Positions 1 through 12,830 are shown, counted from the stretch's first letter. The stretch is DNA of 64,000 nt from Dendrobates tinctorius (GCF_039654945.1 NW_027361864.1:3534001-3598000); one strand, 5' to 3'. Numbers and translations: made by a program. The notes: generated from the letters alone by a model not told the origin.

Positions 1-1485
1 GAGTATTATAGTAATTATATTCTTGTACATAGGGGCAGTATTATAGTAGTTATATTCTTGTACATAGCGGGCAGTATTATAGTAGTTATATTCTTGTACA
101 TAGGGGCAGTATTATAGTAACTATATTCTTGTACATAGGAGCAGTATTATAGTAGTTATATTCTTGTATACAGGAGCAGTATTATAGTAGTTATAGTCTT
201 GTACATAGGGGCAGTATTATAGCAGTTATATTCTTGTACATAGGAGCAGTATTATAGCAGTTATATTCTTGTACATAGGAGAATTATTATAGTAGTTATA
301 TTCTTGTACATAGGGGGCAGTATTATAGTAGTTATATTCTTGTACATAGGGGGCAGTATTATAGTAGTTATATTCTTGTACATAGGGGCAGCGTTTTAGT
401 AGTTATATTCTTGTACATAGGAGAATTATTATAGTAGTTATATTCTTGTACATAGGGGGCAGTATTATAGTAGTTATATTCTTGTACATAGGGGGCAGTA
501 TTATAGTAGTTATATTCTTGTACATAGGGGCAGCGTTTTAGTAGTTATATTCTTGTACATAGGAGGCAGTATTATAGTTGTTATATTCTTGTACATAGGG
601 GACAGTATTATTGTGGTTACATTCTTGTACATAGGGGCAGTATTATAGTAGTTATTTTCTGGTACATAGGGGCAGTATTAAAGTTGTTATATTATACATA
701 GGGGCAGTATTATAGTAATTATATTCTTGTACATAGGGACAGTATTATAGTAGTTATATTCTGGTACATAGGGGCAGTATTATAGTAGTTATATTGTACA
801 TAGGGGCAGTATTATAGTAGTTATATTCTTGTACATAGGAGCAGTATTATAGCAGTTACATTCTTGTACATAGGAGCAGTATTATAGTAGTTATATTCTT
901 GTACATAGGGAGCAGTATTATAGTAGTTCTATTCTTGTATATAGGAGCAGTATTATAGTAGTTCTATTCTTGTACATAGGAGCAGTATTATAGTAGTTAT
1001 ATTGTACATAGGGGCAGTATTATAGTAGTTATATTCTTGTACATAGGAGCAGTATTATAGCAGTTACATTCTTGTACATAGGAGCAGTATTATAGTAGTT
1101 ATATTCTTGTACATAGGGAGCAGTATTATAGTAGTTCTATTCTTGTATATAGGAGCAGTATTATAGTAGTTATATTCTTGTACATAGGAGGCAGTATTAT
1201 AGCAGTCATATTCTTGTACATAGAATTATTATAGTAGTTCTATTCTTGTACATAGGAGCAGTATTATAGTAGTTATATTCTTGTACATAGGGGCAGTATT
1301 ATAGTAATTATATTATTGTACATAGGGGCAGTATTATAGTAGTTATATTCTTGTACATAGGGGCAGTATTATAGTAGTTATATTCTTGTACATAGGATCA
1401 GTATTACAGTAGTTATATTCTTGTACATATGGGCAGTATTATAGTAGTTATATTCTTGTACATAGGGGCAGTATTATAGTAGTTA
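1..1485. repeat. 35-36 bp minisatellite array (GCAGTATTATAGTAGTTATATTCTTGTACATAGG[A/G])
   Basis: About 40 tandem units read directly; the array runs off the left edge; the same family recurs at 33.1-36.4 kb and, inverted, at 43.7 and 51.5 kb. Confidence 0.97.
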
Positions 1486-1941
1486 TTTGCCGGCTGCTGC
1501 AGTGTTTTCTTTGACTGAGGTCAGTGTTTGTTTCATGATGTTGGTCTACTAGGCATTGCTCCCACCTAGCCAGAATCCTACTCCACACTGATGAGGGGCA
1601 ACACCCCAAAACAGCTGTCTGTGGATGGATACCTGGCCTTGGTATTTCCCTTGTCATATCTGTAAATTCGTAAAGAGCTGGATATTGACTTAAAGGGCTA
1701 CTTAATATGGTGGTAATGGTGGTTTCCGAAAGGAGCCACTCCTTGGCTGGGTCCTTCCCTGGAGGAAGATCTGGCTAGTCCCGTGTTTGAGAGTCTTAAA
1801 TGAGGCTCCACGGACTTTATTTGCATATTCGTATTTCCCAGGGAGCAATGCACCTACGATTCGACTGTGATTGAGCACCTTTGCCGGCTGCCGCAGTGTT
1901 GACTGGTCTCCCTGAGGTCAGTGATTGTTTCGTGACGTTGA
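1486..1941 (+). mobile_element. Terminally redundant ~394-bp hammerhead-bearing unit (retrozyme/satellite-2-like or Penelope pLTR-like)
   Basis: ~60-nt imperfect direct repeat TTTGCCGGCTGCYGCAGTGTT...CTGAGGTCAGTG at 1486 and 1880; internal hammerhead motif; octamer ATTTGCAT 1819-1826 followed by SPH-like TTCCCAGGGAGCAATGCA. Confidence 0.6.
1569..1637 (+). ncRNA. Type I hammerhead ribozyme motif with a mutated core (GAAA->AAAA)
   Basis: TCCACA-CTGATGA-GGGG-CAACA-CCCC-AAAA-CAGCTG-TC-TGTGGA (1582-1625); stem I extends via ATCC/GGAT and GCCAG/CTGGC. Confidence 0.75.
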
Positions 1942-2186
1942 ACATAACAGGCAGGAACTCAAAGTTGGGGAGAGTATTCTCGGAGAGAAGAGCTTAAAGG
2001 GGTTGTCAAGTCAGGTGACAGTTGTGGTGCAGTTGATAAATGTAAGAAACCGGGATGACGAAGCAGGAAAGTATTTGGCGCCAGGATGTGAGACGGGGAG
2101 AACGCCTGCGCAGTGCAACAAGCTTGTGGGCTTCCCCAGAATAGAGCTATCAGAGAGTGACTTGGTACCGGAGCAGAAGTCCTTGG

Positions 2187-2333
2187 TCAAGAACCGACGT
2201 CCAGACTACGCCAGTCAAGACCCGACATCCAGATTCCGCAGGTCACGACCCGACGTCCAGACTCCGCAGGTGAAGACCCGACGTCCAGACTCTGCAGGTG
2301 AAGACCCGACATACAGACTCCGCAGGTCAAACA
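2187..2333. repeat. 28-bp tandem repeat, about 5 copies (GACCCGACGTCCAGACTCCGCAGGTGAA)
   Basis: CCGAC recurs at 2194, 2222, 2250, 2278 and 2306. Confidence 0.85.
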
Positions 2334-2636
2334 CCGAAGGTTGGACACTGATCGTTGGACGGGATGGAGCGGCAGTCGTACTGAAGAGGAGTATTGGGCA
2401 AATCAGGACATTATTTCCAGGGTAGACGTACGGCACTGAGAGTGTGCCAAGCCACGCTTCACGGAACGCAGGCAGCCAGTAAGGCAAATACACTGGGTAT
2501 CAAGTGACTCACATATTGACATACTGGGGACTTGGGGCCTAACGGCAAGTATTGGAGACCCCATTAGGGCCAGTGTAACAGCCAGGTGCACCTAGACAAA
2601 CATACAGTGATGACGGGCCTAGTACTTGGAGTGGAG

Positions 2637-3458
2637 TGTTATGGATGAGTCACCGAAGGAGGAAAAAACAAAAATAATAGCTAAGTCCAGAAAACCAGAG
2701 AAGTTGGCAGCTATCGGATTGCAGACCCCTGAACCTATCCACAACAACTAGCAGTAGCCGTGGGGGGTTCCTACGGTGCCCTAGACCCCTCGATCACAGC
2801 CGGAGAACTAAATTAGCCTAAAGACAGAAAGGGGAAATCTAAACTGCCCCAGAGCAGACCCCAAATCAATAGGCAGCCCCCAACATATAATGACTGTGAA
2901 GCAAGATGAAAAACACTAACACAGATAGAAAGATAGGTTGAGCAAATGATGGGGCCCAAGCTAACTAAATAGGACAGGATAGAAAAGCTGCTGTCTGCAA
3001 TCCGCAAAAACCCTATCCAAAAATGTACCAACAGACTGATAGGAGAAACAGGCCCTGAAGTCGCTAGGCTTCAAAAGACTATATCAGCACTCAGGTATAT
3101 TCTGAAGACAAAGACAAAGATCAACAGATCAGAGACAAAAATGGAATTCAGCTCACCCCCGGCCGGGGATGGCTGAACTCCAAAAAAACAAGGCAAACAA
3201 AACCAGAACTAAAGTGTACAAAAGGCAGAGCAAAACTTAGCTTTGAGAAGCAGAAATCAGACTGGTCTCCAAGAATCCAGCAGGAAAATCACCGGCAAGG
3301 CAGCAGGGCGTCGGCTGCCTTATATCCAGTCATCAGTTCCTGTGACCCAGTCATCATCTACCTGCTCAGCTGTTTGGTAATTAGCCTCACTACCTTCCTT
3401 CGCCAGAAGAGGGAGTTCATCAGACCTCACTGGTGAAGGGAAAAATGAACTCACAACA
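2637..3458 (-). mobile_element. Solo LTR (Gypsy-like)
   Basis: TGTT...AACA termini, flanked on both sides by GTGGAG (2631-2636, 3459-3464); internal blocks shared with 41484-42182; strand inferred. Confidence 0.7.
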
Positions 3459-4528
3459 GTGGAGCCTATTCAGTAGAGATGTACAGGCTCTACTAGGTGC
3501 CAAACTACTAGCTAATAAGGACAGTGTGTGTAAAGAGAGCGTTGATATTATTCCTGTTATTACACATAATATTTTGTGTACTTCCATATACAGTACATAT
3601 ACAGTGAAAATCTCCTTTTTGTGTGAAATAACCACCGTTGGTTGACTACTACAGTATTCCACTGTCTGTGTTGTTACATCCAAGTAACCTGTTCACACAC
3701 ACCTCCATGACTGAAAGCCAGTTGGGAGGAGTAAAGTTTATTTTCTCCTGGTAGACACCCTTTCAGTACAGCACTGTAAAGCTATTAACCTGCAGATTAA
3801 CCCTATATCTGCAGGAAAATAGCATTAGATAACAAAATGACTGGTTCCCTTTAACCATTAAATCCCTGGCCACATTCCCACTGCACAGATGCTGCACGGT
3901 AACATTTGGCGCATACGCACAAACAGGAAATGTCGATGTCTGTTATCACTTTTCATCAGCGAAAGTAATCTGTTTTGCAAGAAAAGCGATGTCAGACAGG
4001 TGTGTAACTGCGAAGGGCCCATCCAATACCAGAACAGAGGTACAGGACCACCGCACCGCCTCTCTATTACTTCATGGCCTAATGGACCATCACTTCTAGT
4101 TATCATGGGGTCCTTGTGGTGGGACCCCCTGATACCATGATTAAAAGATAAATGACTATTATGGGAACATTCCTTTAATTTTCAGGATATGCGGCTGTAT
4201 GAACTGTATACAAGCTACAGGGGTCTCATATATCCAGCTGTCTCCTTAGGGGACCACGGTTACCTGATCAGCTGTCTGACAGTCAGAACTGTCTGTCTCT
4301 TCAGATCATCCGCTAAGACCTGAAATAGCATCAGACAGAGGTTTGGAGGGAGGCGAGGACACGGAGACAAATTAGGCAGGTTGAAATGAGGACGGAGACG
4401 TATTAAATCCACCCACACAGGAACACAGCTGGTAGAGTGCATAGACCCGCTCTCCACAGCCCAAACTGACAGCATATAAAGGGTTTATGCATATGTGACA
4501 CCCAGACACTAAAGTGCATACCCTCATA

Positions 4529-4815
4529 CAGTGTCAGACTGCGGTGCCAAGGACCCACCAGTAACAATGATTTTGGGGGGGGGCCCACTTTTCACCTACA
4601 TACAAATATTACACTACACTCGTTCACAAATTTACCTATATCTCTATATAATAATAAACTGAGTAGTTTGGTTAATGAATGATGAGATGCTGCTTTTTTT
4701 CTGTACAGAGTGAATTATGCCAAATACTGCCCATACAGTGGGGTTGGGGGCCCAGATCTGCACAGAGGCCCACCGGGGGGATTCCACTGTTCCCCTATGG
4801 GCCAGTTTGAGACTG
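4529..4815. mobile_element. hAT-type MITE, family A copy 1
   Basis: CAG...CTG imperfect TIRs, perfect 8-bp TSD CCCTCATA; homologous copies at 16157 and 53333. Confidence 0.88.
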
Positions 4816-4827
4816 CCCTCATATCAT

Positions 4828-5906
4828 CATATAACCACCTCACGCCACCAAATGTCCCGTACACCTCCATACAACCACCTCACATCACCAAATGACCCGT
4901 ACACCTCCATATAACTACCTCACATCACCAAATGACCCGTACACCTCCATACAACCACCTCACACCACCAAATGTCCCGTACACCTCCATACAACCACCT
5001 CACATCACCAAATGACCCGTACACCTCCATACAACCACCTCACATCACCAAATGACCCGTACACCTCCATATAACCACCTCACATCACCAAATGACCCGT
5101 ACACCTCCATATAACCACCTCACATCACCAAATGACCAGTACACCTCCATACAACCACCTCACATCACCAAATGACCCGTACACCTCCATACAACCACCT
5201 CACATCACCAAATGACCCGTACACCTCCATATAACCACCTCACATCACCAAATGACCAGTACACCTCCATATAACCACCTCACATCACCAAATGATCCGT
5301 ACACTTCTATATAACCATCTCACATCACCAAATGACCCGTACACCTCCATATAACCACCTCACATCACCAAATGACCCGTACACCTTCATATAACCACCT
5401 CACATCACCAAATGACCCGTACACCTCCATATAGCCACCTCACATCACCAAATGACCCGTACACCTCCATATAGCCACCTCACACCTCCAAATGACCAGT
5501 ACACCTCCATATAACCTCATAGACAAATATATAACCAGTACACCTCCATATAAATTTGTATATACCTATATAACATTACACCTTCATATAGCCTCATATA
5601 TACCTCTATAACCAGTACACCTCTATATAACTTCATACCTCTCTCTATAACCAGTACACCTCCATATAACCTCATACCTCTCTGTATAACCAGTACACCT
5701 CCATATAACATCATACCTCTCTATGTAACCAGTACACCTCCATATAACTACATACCTCTCTATGTAACCAGTACACCTCCATATAACTACATACCTCTCT
5801 ATGTAACCAGTACACCTCCATATAACTACATACCTCTCTGTGTAATCAGTACACCTCCATATAACCTCAGACCTCTCTGTATAACCAGTACACCTCCATA
5901 TAACCT
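4828..5906. repeat. 40-bp minisatellite grading into a 39-bp minisatellite
   Basis: CCATATAACCACCTCACATCACCAAATGACCCGTACACCT units to about 5510, then CCATATAACCTCATACCTCTCTGTATAACCAGTACACCT units. Confidence 0.93.
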
Positions 5907-8900
5907 TGTGGTAGGGGCCGGAATTGGGAGGTGGACCACTGCTTACCCTGTCCGGATGACACAGATACCAGGTGATGCAAGGACGAGGCGGAGACAGATT
6001 TCAGTTGTAACAGTCCCGGATTTATTTGTCGTCCTCCTGACGACCACAACCACGCACCGCAGCCTCTTTACAGTTCTCTGTCTCCAGGCCTGGGTACCTG
6101 CACCTTTGCTCCAGTCGAAGTAACGTCCCTCGTGGATCTTTCGCTGGGGCTGTCCTAGACCAATCTATCGCCAGCGCTTCACCTGTCCGAGGTCGTCGTC
6201 CAATCGGTACCCCCAGGGCCTCGTCTGTTCTGCGGTCCGTCGGGTCAGGGACACCCTCGACTGTCTCTTTCCTGTCGTTCCCCTAGTCGAGCTGTTCACT
6301 GTTCTCCGTCTTCTACCAAGCGAGCTCCTCTTGGGAATAACCTGCATGGAACCCTATCCTGTTCTATTTATCCCCTCTCTCACCGGGAATTCCCCTCCTG
6401 GGTTCCTATCTCCCCGCCCCCCATGACTAAGCGTTTCTCAAGCCATAAGCTGATGTTGAGTCCTAAGCTACTCCCCCCTGCTATCTTGTGGTCATTTCTT
6501 GGTACTGCACTCTCCTATCCACCTTTCCCAGCTGTCACCCTTCTATCCTGTCAATCTCCGTCTCTAGTGCACAAACCGTCCCCTCCTACTACCAGTCACT
6601 TCTGTCCGTCAAGTCACCTTCCCCACACTCCTCCCTTTGTCCATTGTCGTCCCGACAATCATAATCCTACCTACGTCGTTCTGAAGCTTGTCCACAGTCT
6701 GTTGTCGGACCGGTCGTTGGGCCAAACCCGCTGCCCACTGGGGCCGAACTAAACCGGGAGCACCATACTACTCGCCAGCGCGCACGCCACGTGACAACTT
6801 CATTCAGGTTGGCGAGGTCCACCCAGACTACTCTACGGCGTGAACCTCCCACTACTCTCCCCTTCCACTACATTCAGCTGTCCGGAACGCCATGACCGAG
6901 GCCTTTCACCTACCTGGTCATCATTGGCGCCCGCCTGTCCTTTTGGGGTGTCTGTGGTGTCGGGGACCTGACTGACGGACCACTGTCTGGTTCAATGTTC
7001 TTTGTCTCTTCATCCTTCACGTAAAAAGAGTCATGGTCGGCGTCTTCATCACATCTACCTAGTACCCGGAACCTGTTACACACATTTTTTTTTTTAAACA
7101 CACTACTCATTAAATCAGCTTTAACATACTGTTATCTCTACCTTAATAACAATATGAGTTACCCAACAGGGGTAACCCCTTTTCCCTTGTTTGTTTTTTC
7201 TGTTTTTTTTTTTTTCTATCAACATAACATTTTAAAACAGAACATAAATACTCCCCCCTCCCTTTAACATGAGTACTTCCTCTCCCACATCCCCGCTATG
7301 CCAGGAGCAAACAATCAACAATAAAACATGTCCCTTATCATGGACGTCGAACTGTGCTCTTGGGGCCTGCACAACAGCACAGCGAAATCACGATAGTCCG
7401 GGCCATCTCCTGACCGCTGATGTTGCGCAAGTCCAGCAGGGGAACCCCACAGCCGTGAGGTTCCCAGGATGTCTCGACAGTTCCTGAGCCCCGAGTGTTC
7501 TTTTTGCCCAGGGCTCAGGGGTCACCTCCCTCCTGAGAGATGAGTCAAAAGGGGTATAAGGGGCCGAAAGTGGTTCCGCGCCATTTCTCTGCTTGGGAAC
7601 CAGCAGTCCACCACCGGTGGTGGCGTGGACGCGCTCATCTCTGTCGACGTGGCGGCTTCGCTCCATCCGGCCCCCAGCTCCTGCAGTTCCAACCGCAGGG
7701 GAGGGACCGGAGTCGTTGACCGGTGAGAAGCGGAGCGGCGAAGCTGGGGCCTGCTAGTGTGGATGGCAGACAGCTCCGCAGAGGCGGCGGAGCCCGATGA
7801 CCCGGCCGAAGTCGCAATCCGGATATCGGTGAGCAGGCCGCAGCTGGAACCATGAGCGAGACAAAGGCGGCCGCGGGTGCCGCCGGGTAGGCCGCGGCCG
7901 GCGCCGCAATCGAACCAGAGGCGGCAACCGGAGTTGCAGACAGGGCCGGAGTGGCTGCCGGCACTGGTGAGGAGGCCGCAGAGGAGGCCGGAGTGGCGGC
8001 AGGCTTCGGGTGGTAAACCGCTGCTGCCAGGTGGAACGCAGCAGCGTCGGCCACGCGATGGTTTCGCAACGGCGACGTGGCCCGATACGTCACCGGGCGG
8101 GGTGGCTCAGGGTGGTGGGTGAGAGCGTCGGTTGGCCCAGCGGAGGCCACAGAGCCCTCCGCAACCGGGGCCGCTGTAAAACGGGAGGCCGCGCGGGGAG
8201 GCCGAGTGGTGGGGGCCGCTTGCGGAGCCGCCGGCAGAGCCAGGGGAACTCTCACCTTCCCCCGGCGCAGTGGCTTTCTGCAGGTTGTTCCTCCGCTCTC
8301 CCAGGAGTCAGTCCGGGAAGCAGCTCGTCTGGCGCCCGCCGCTGCTCTTCATCCCGCCCTTCGGCAAGACCAGCCTCCAGGCCGGATAGTTCCGCAGGGA
8401 TGGCCGGCGACAGTTCCTCCAGCTTCCGCCCTGGGTAATCCACTTCAGCACCACCCCCCTCCTGCTCGCAGATCACCCGCGTCGCAGGGGCACAGAGTCT
8501 CATTCGGGTTTTCTTTGGATGGGTCCAGCCACAGTCCCAATTGGCATTCCACTCGGGCACCATCTCGCAAAGTTTTTTTTTCCGTTCCGGATCCTCCGAT
8601 GACAGCCAATGGTCCGGAACAAAGTCTCAGATTTGTAATCCACAGGGGAGCAAACTTGTAATCCACCGGTATTTGTAATCCGCAGGTGAACAGTCCTCCT
8701 GGCGCAGGCCTGCCGCAGAAGATGTCATATTAGCGGCGGAGATCCTGCCGACTACGCCAAATGTGGTAGGGGCCGGAATTGGGGGGGTGGACCACTGCTT
8801 ACCCTGTACGGATGACACAGACACCAGGCGATGCAAGGACGAGGCAGAGACAGATTTCGGTTGTAACAGTTCAGGATTTATTCGTCGTCCTCCTGACGAC

Positions 8901-9480
8901 CACAACCACGCACCGCAGCCTCTTTACAGTTCTCTGTCTCCAGGCCCGGGTACCTGCACCTTTGCTCCAGTCGAAGTAACGTCCCTCGCGGATCTTTTGC
9001 TGGGGCTGTCCTAGACCAATCTACCGTCAGCGCTTCACCTGCCCGAGGTCGTCGTCCAATCGGTACCCCCAGGGCCTCGTCTGTTCTGCGGTCCGTCGGG
9101 TCAGGGCCACCCCCCTGACTGTCTCTTTCCTGTCGGTCCCCTAGTCGAGCTCTTCACTGTTCTCCGTCTTCTACCGAGCTCCTCCCGGGACTAACCTGCC
9201 TGGAACCCTATCCTGTTCTATTTATCCCCTCTCTCACCGGGAATTCCCCTCCTGGGTTCCTATCTCCCCACCCCCCTGACTAAGCGTTTCTCAAGCCATA
9301 AGCTGATGTTGAGTCCTAAGCTACTCCCCCCTGCCATCTTGTGGTCATTTCTAGGTACTGCACTCTCCTATCCACCTTTCCCAGCTATCACCCTTCTATC
9401 CTGTCAATCTCTGTCTCTAGTGCACAAACCGTCCCCTCCTACTACCAGTCACGTCTGTCCGTCAAGTCACCTTCCCCACA
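5907..9480 (-). mobile_element. Non-autonomous LTR retroelement (two ~720-bp LTRs, ~2.1-kb internal region lacking pol), tRNA-Ser primed
   Basis: Direct repeats 5907-6627 and 8762-9480 with TG...CA ends; purine tract on the minus strand at 6628-6638; PBS at 8742-8759; no RT or integrase motifs in the internal ORFs; TSD not clean. Confidence 0.88.
8742..8759 (-). promoter_or_regulatory. Primer-binding site complementary to the tRNA-Ser 3' end
   Basis: The + strand ATCCTGCCGACTACGCCA equals the last 18 nt (including CCA) of vertebrate tRNA-Ser(AGA/TGA); it lies 2 nt from the LTR edge. Confidence 0.88.
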
Positions 9481-10170
9481 CTCTCATACCGCTCTGTATA
9501 ATCAGTGCACTCAGTACACCTCCATATAACCTCAGACCTCTCTGTATAACCAGTGCACATTCATATAACCTCAGACCTCTCTGTATAACCAGTACACCTC
9601 CATATAACCTCAGACCTCTCTGTATAACCAGTACACCTCCATATAACCTCAGACCTCTCTGTATAACCAGTTCACCTCCATATAACCTCATACCGCTCTG
9701 TATAATCAGTACACCTCCATATAACCTCATACCGCTCTGTATAATCAGTACACCTCCATATAACCTCATACCGCTCTGTATAATCAGTACACCTCCATAT
9801 AACCTCAGACCTCTCTGTATAACCAGTGCACCTCCATATAACCTCAGACCTCTCTGTATAACCAGTACACCTCCATATAACCTCAGACCTCTCTGTATAA
9901 CCAGTACACCTCCATATAACCTCAGACCTCTCTGTATAACCAGTTCACCTCCATATAACCTCATACCGCTCTGTATAATCAGTACACCTCCATATAACCT
10001 CATACCGCTCTGTATAATCAGTACACCTCCATATAACCTCATACCGCTCTGTATAATCAGTACACCTCCATATAACCTCAGACCTCTCTGTATAACCAGT
10101 GCACCTCCATATAACCTCAGACCTCTCTGTATAACCAGTACACCTCCATATAACCTCATACACCTCTATG
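9481..10170. repeat. 39-bp minisatellite (continuation of the array split by the LTR element)
   Basis: About 17 units; produces 13-aa periodic spurious ORFs. Confidence 0.95.
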
Positions 10171-10761
10171 TAACATTATGTCTCCACATAAGCCTATTGG
10201 CTACTGCAGGGGCGGACATATCTTGGTGCGGCCTGTGCAGTTACACAGGACCCTAAGAAGTGAGGGGCCATTTCTACCTCCAAAGCAGGTGCAATTTCAC
10301 ATTTTCAGGAGCTCTTGGGCTACAAAGGACCCATATACTGTTCTTGCACTGGGTCCCCTTTCTGTCTGTGTCCGCCAGTGAGCTACTATCTGTACCGACC
10401 TTGCAATCATGTGTAATTTCCCTGCGGGCCGTGGTTACCCGGGGATGCCGGCAGTCAGCGGCCATGGTTGCCATGGAGATCAGTGAATGGCTCCCCTCAT
10501 GTTATTCACAGCTCACCTTTATCCGGCACTTCGCTCATTGTCTCTCAGTGGGATCACGTATAACTCGTTATCGCGCTTCGTTAATCCCACGTGTGACATC
10601 CCACTGTTGTGGGGGATCTTCACCAGCCTGACATCAGCAAATGACACAATTCTCCTGTTTAACATATTTCTCATCCTTCTCCAGCAGATCCAGCAGTGAC
10701 TCACCCCCCGATTATCACCTCCAGAGCTGAAATCTGACATGTACCAGCTTCGCTACAGTAA

Positions 10762-11132
10762 GGGTACCGTTACACTAAGCGATGCACCAGCGATCCCGAC
10801 AACGATATGGATCGCCGGTGCATCGCTAAGTGGTCACTAGTGAGCTGCCACACAGGCAGATCTCACCAGCGACATCGCAGGGGTCGGGGGTCGCTACTTA
10901 CCTGTCAGACGCGGCGATCCTGACGTCCTCCCGCCCGGCTCCACGCGTCGCTCGTCGTCACAGCAGGAAGTCCAGCAGGAAGCTGACGACGAGAAATGAT
11001 CCAGGACGTTCTCGCGCGATCAGCGATGGACAGCGGGGGAGCCGGTCGGAGGTAAGTATCACATGTAGCGATATCGCTGCTGCATCACAAAGCCAGTGAT
11101 GTTACAGCGATATTGCTATGGGTAATGGGCCC
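10762..11132. mobile_element. PIF/Harbinger-like MITE
   Basis: GGGTACCGTTAC...GTAATGGGCCC imperfect TIRs with TAA/TTA flanks. Confidence 0.6.
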
Positions 11133-12179
11133 TTAAGGCTTCACTTTCACTGGAAGATGATCGCCTAGCGAGCATTCCAGATAATCTCGCCATGTAAACA
11201 GGCTGCCGATCATCGATGAAGGAGCGGACGGCTCACGTCTCAGGGAGCTGAGCTCTTGGGCTCCAGCAATGGCAGCCTATGAAAATCACCGAATGAAACC
11301 AAGAAAAACTGGCAAACATTGTATGTATTACTTAATGGCATCCACAGCATGCGCTGTCGAGATCCTTTGGTCCCGCATACATGCGGTCACATGTCGACAG
11401 GATGTGCACAGTCTCGCACAATACAAGTATATAAGTAATGAGGATACGCACTAGGGAACATGTCAGGGATATCAGGGCAGCTCAGTCTGAGGATGACATG
11501 GCGTCTCTAAAAACGGTCCCCCGCCACTTCAAGCTGCATCATACCTGCAGCCCTGATTAACTTAGGAAACGTGGAATCGATCGTGTCCACGGTGGTATCA
11601 GAGGGGGTGATCTCAAACCCAGGCTGGCACAGCTCGAGTGTCGCTGGATTGTGAAATTGGGAACCGTGACCCCTTCGAGCGTCTCATCCTTTTTATAATG
11701 TGCGTCCTAGCTCTACGGACCCTCGGCTTTTCAGCAAGTTCAGTTTGATTTTATGCCTGTGGAGTATCTTTTATATTGACTTTAATTCTGTGTCTTTTTG
11801 TGTTTTTCACGTATTTTATTAGTGGATGGCGATTCAGCACTGGACTATGTGCCTCGATTCTGATGTATTAAATCACCATAAAGAAAATCTCCCTGGATGG
11901 CTTCGAATGCGTCATTCAACTTGTGGGCGTAAGGGGTGATCTTGTTATGTGTTACATATACATTGGATATTGCACTATTGCATTACGCAGTGTTATGCAT
12001 TTCTTATAGAAAATGTTATAATCTGAACCTATTGCTATGGATATTTATTGTATTATACACGATCTAGGTTCCCCTATCTTTTATTAAGATTTGGGTATGA
12101 CAATTGTACTTTCAGGTCTTTGCCCCCTCTTCTGCCCTTATTCAGTATGGTTACCCTTGTTTTCTCACATGACGTCTCA

Positions 12180-12830
12180 TGAGGCTACTGTTTCTCTGCC
12201 GCTGGTAGCGCATGAGGCCGGCACTTCAAATCCACAAACGTGACAGAAGATGTGTACACAGAGCGGTGCGTTCCACTGACATCAATAGAACAGTTGTTCC
12301 CTATTCGCACCGTTACCACGACACTGGTTCTGGTAGCGGAAGTCCCGCCCTCATGTGCTCGCTGGACGTGGCGAGATGCACCCTCCACAGGTGCCACCAT
12401 TCGCCGCTGGAAATGGCACTCTTAGCGCATAACAAATTGCCCCCCCGAGGAAGCAATAGCGAAACGCGCATCAGGGCTGCGATGCAACGACTAGACATGC
12501 TAACTAATGGGTAAAAGGCCTTTCTATCACCCTTGTACATGCACTTATAGTGTTTACCAACTACTTTAGGATGACTATGTGCTCGGTAATATTCCCATGC
12601 CTATACATTGATTAGGCTATGATTTATGGGATTGGAATTTGCCTATCCACAAGTCAGTACCTCTTTTCTTATTTTAGGACTTTTTTGTAGTGTAACCTCA
12701 ATTTTTGTATCTTTTGTAATTTGGTATAAGGATTTTTCTACACTATTATTGTCTTGATTATATACAGTATGTAATCTTATGGATTAATAAAAATAATTTT
12801 GTACATTTTGGCATTGCAAGTTTCTGATAT
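12180..12830 (+). mobile_element. Penelope-like terminal repeat remnant with a minimal hammerhead motif
   Basis: GCCCCC-CCGAGGA-A-GC-AATA-GC-GAAA-CGCGC-ATC-AGGGC at 12439-12477; homologous segment on the minus strand at about 28679-28785; AT-rich tail with AATAAA near 12785; boundaries approximate. Confidence 0.5.

Noticed and set aside
8742-8759. tRNA-Ser gene
   Set aside because: Only the 3' 18 nt including CCA are present, next to an LTR, so this is a PBS rather than a gene
9306-10256. 316-aa and antisense 230-aa repetitive ORFs
   Set aside because: They are translations of a 39-bp (13-codon) minisatellite plus the LTR end, with no gene context
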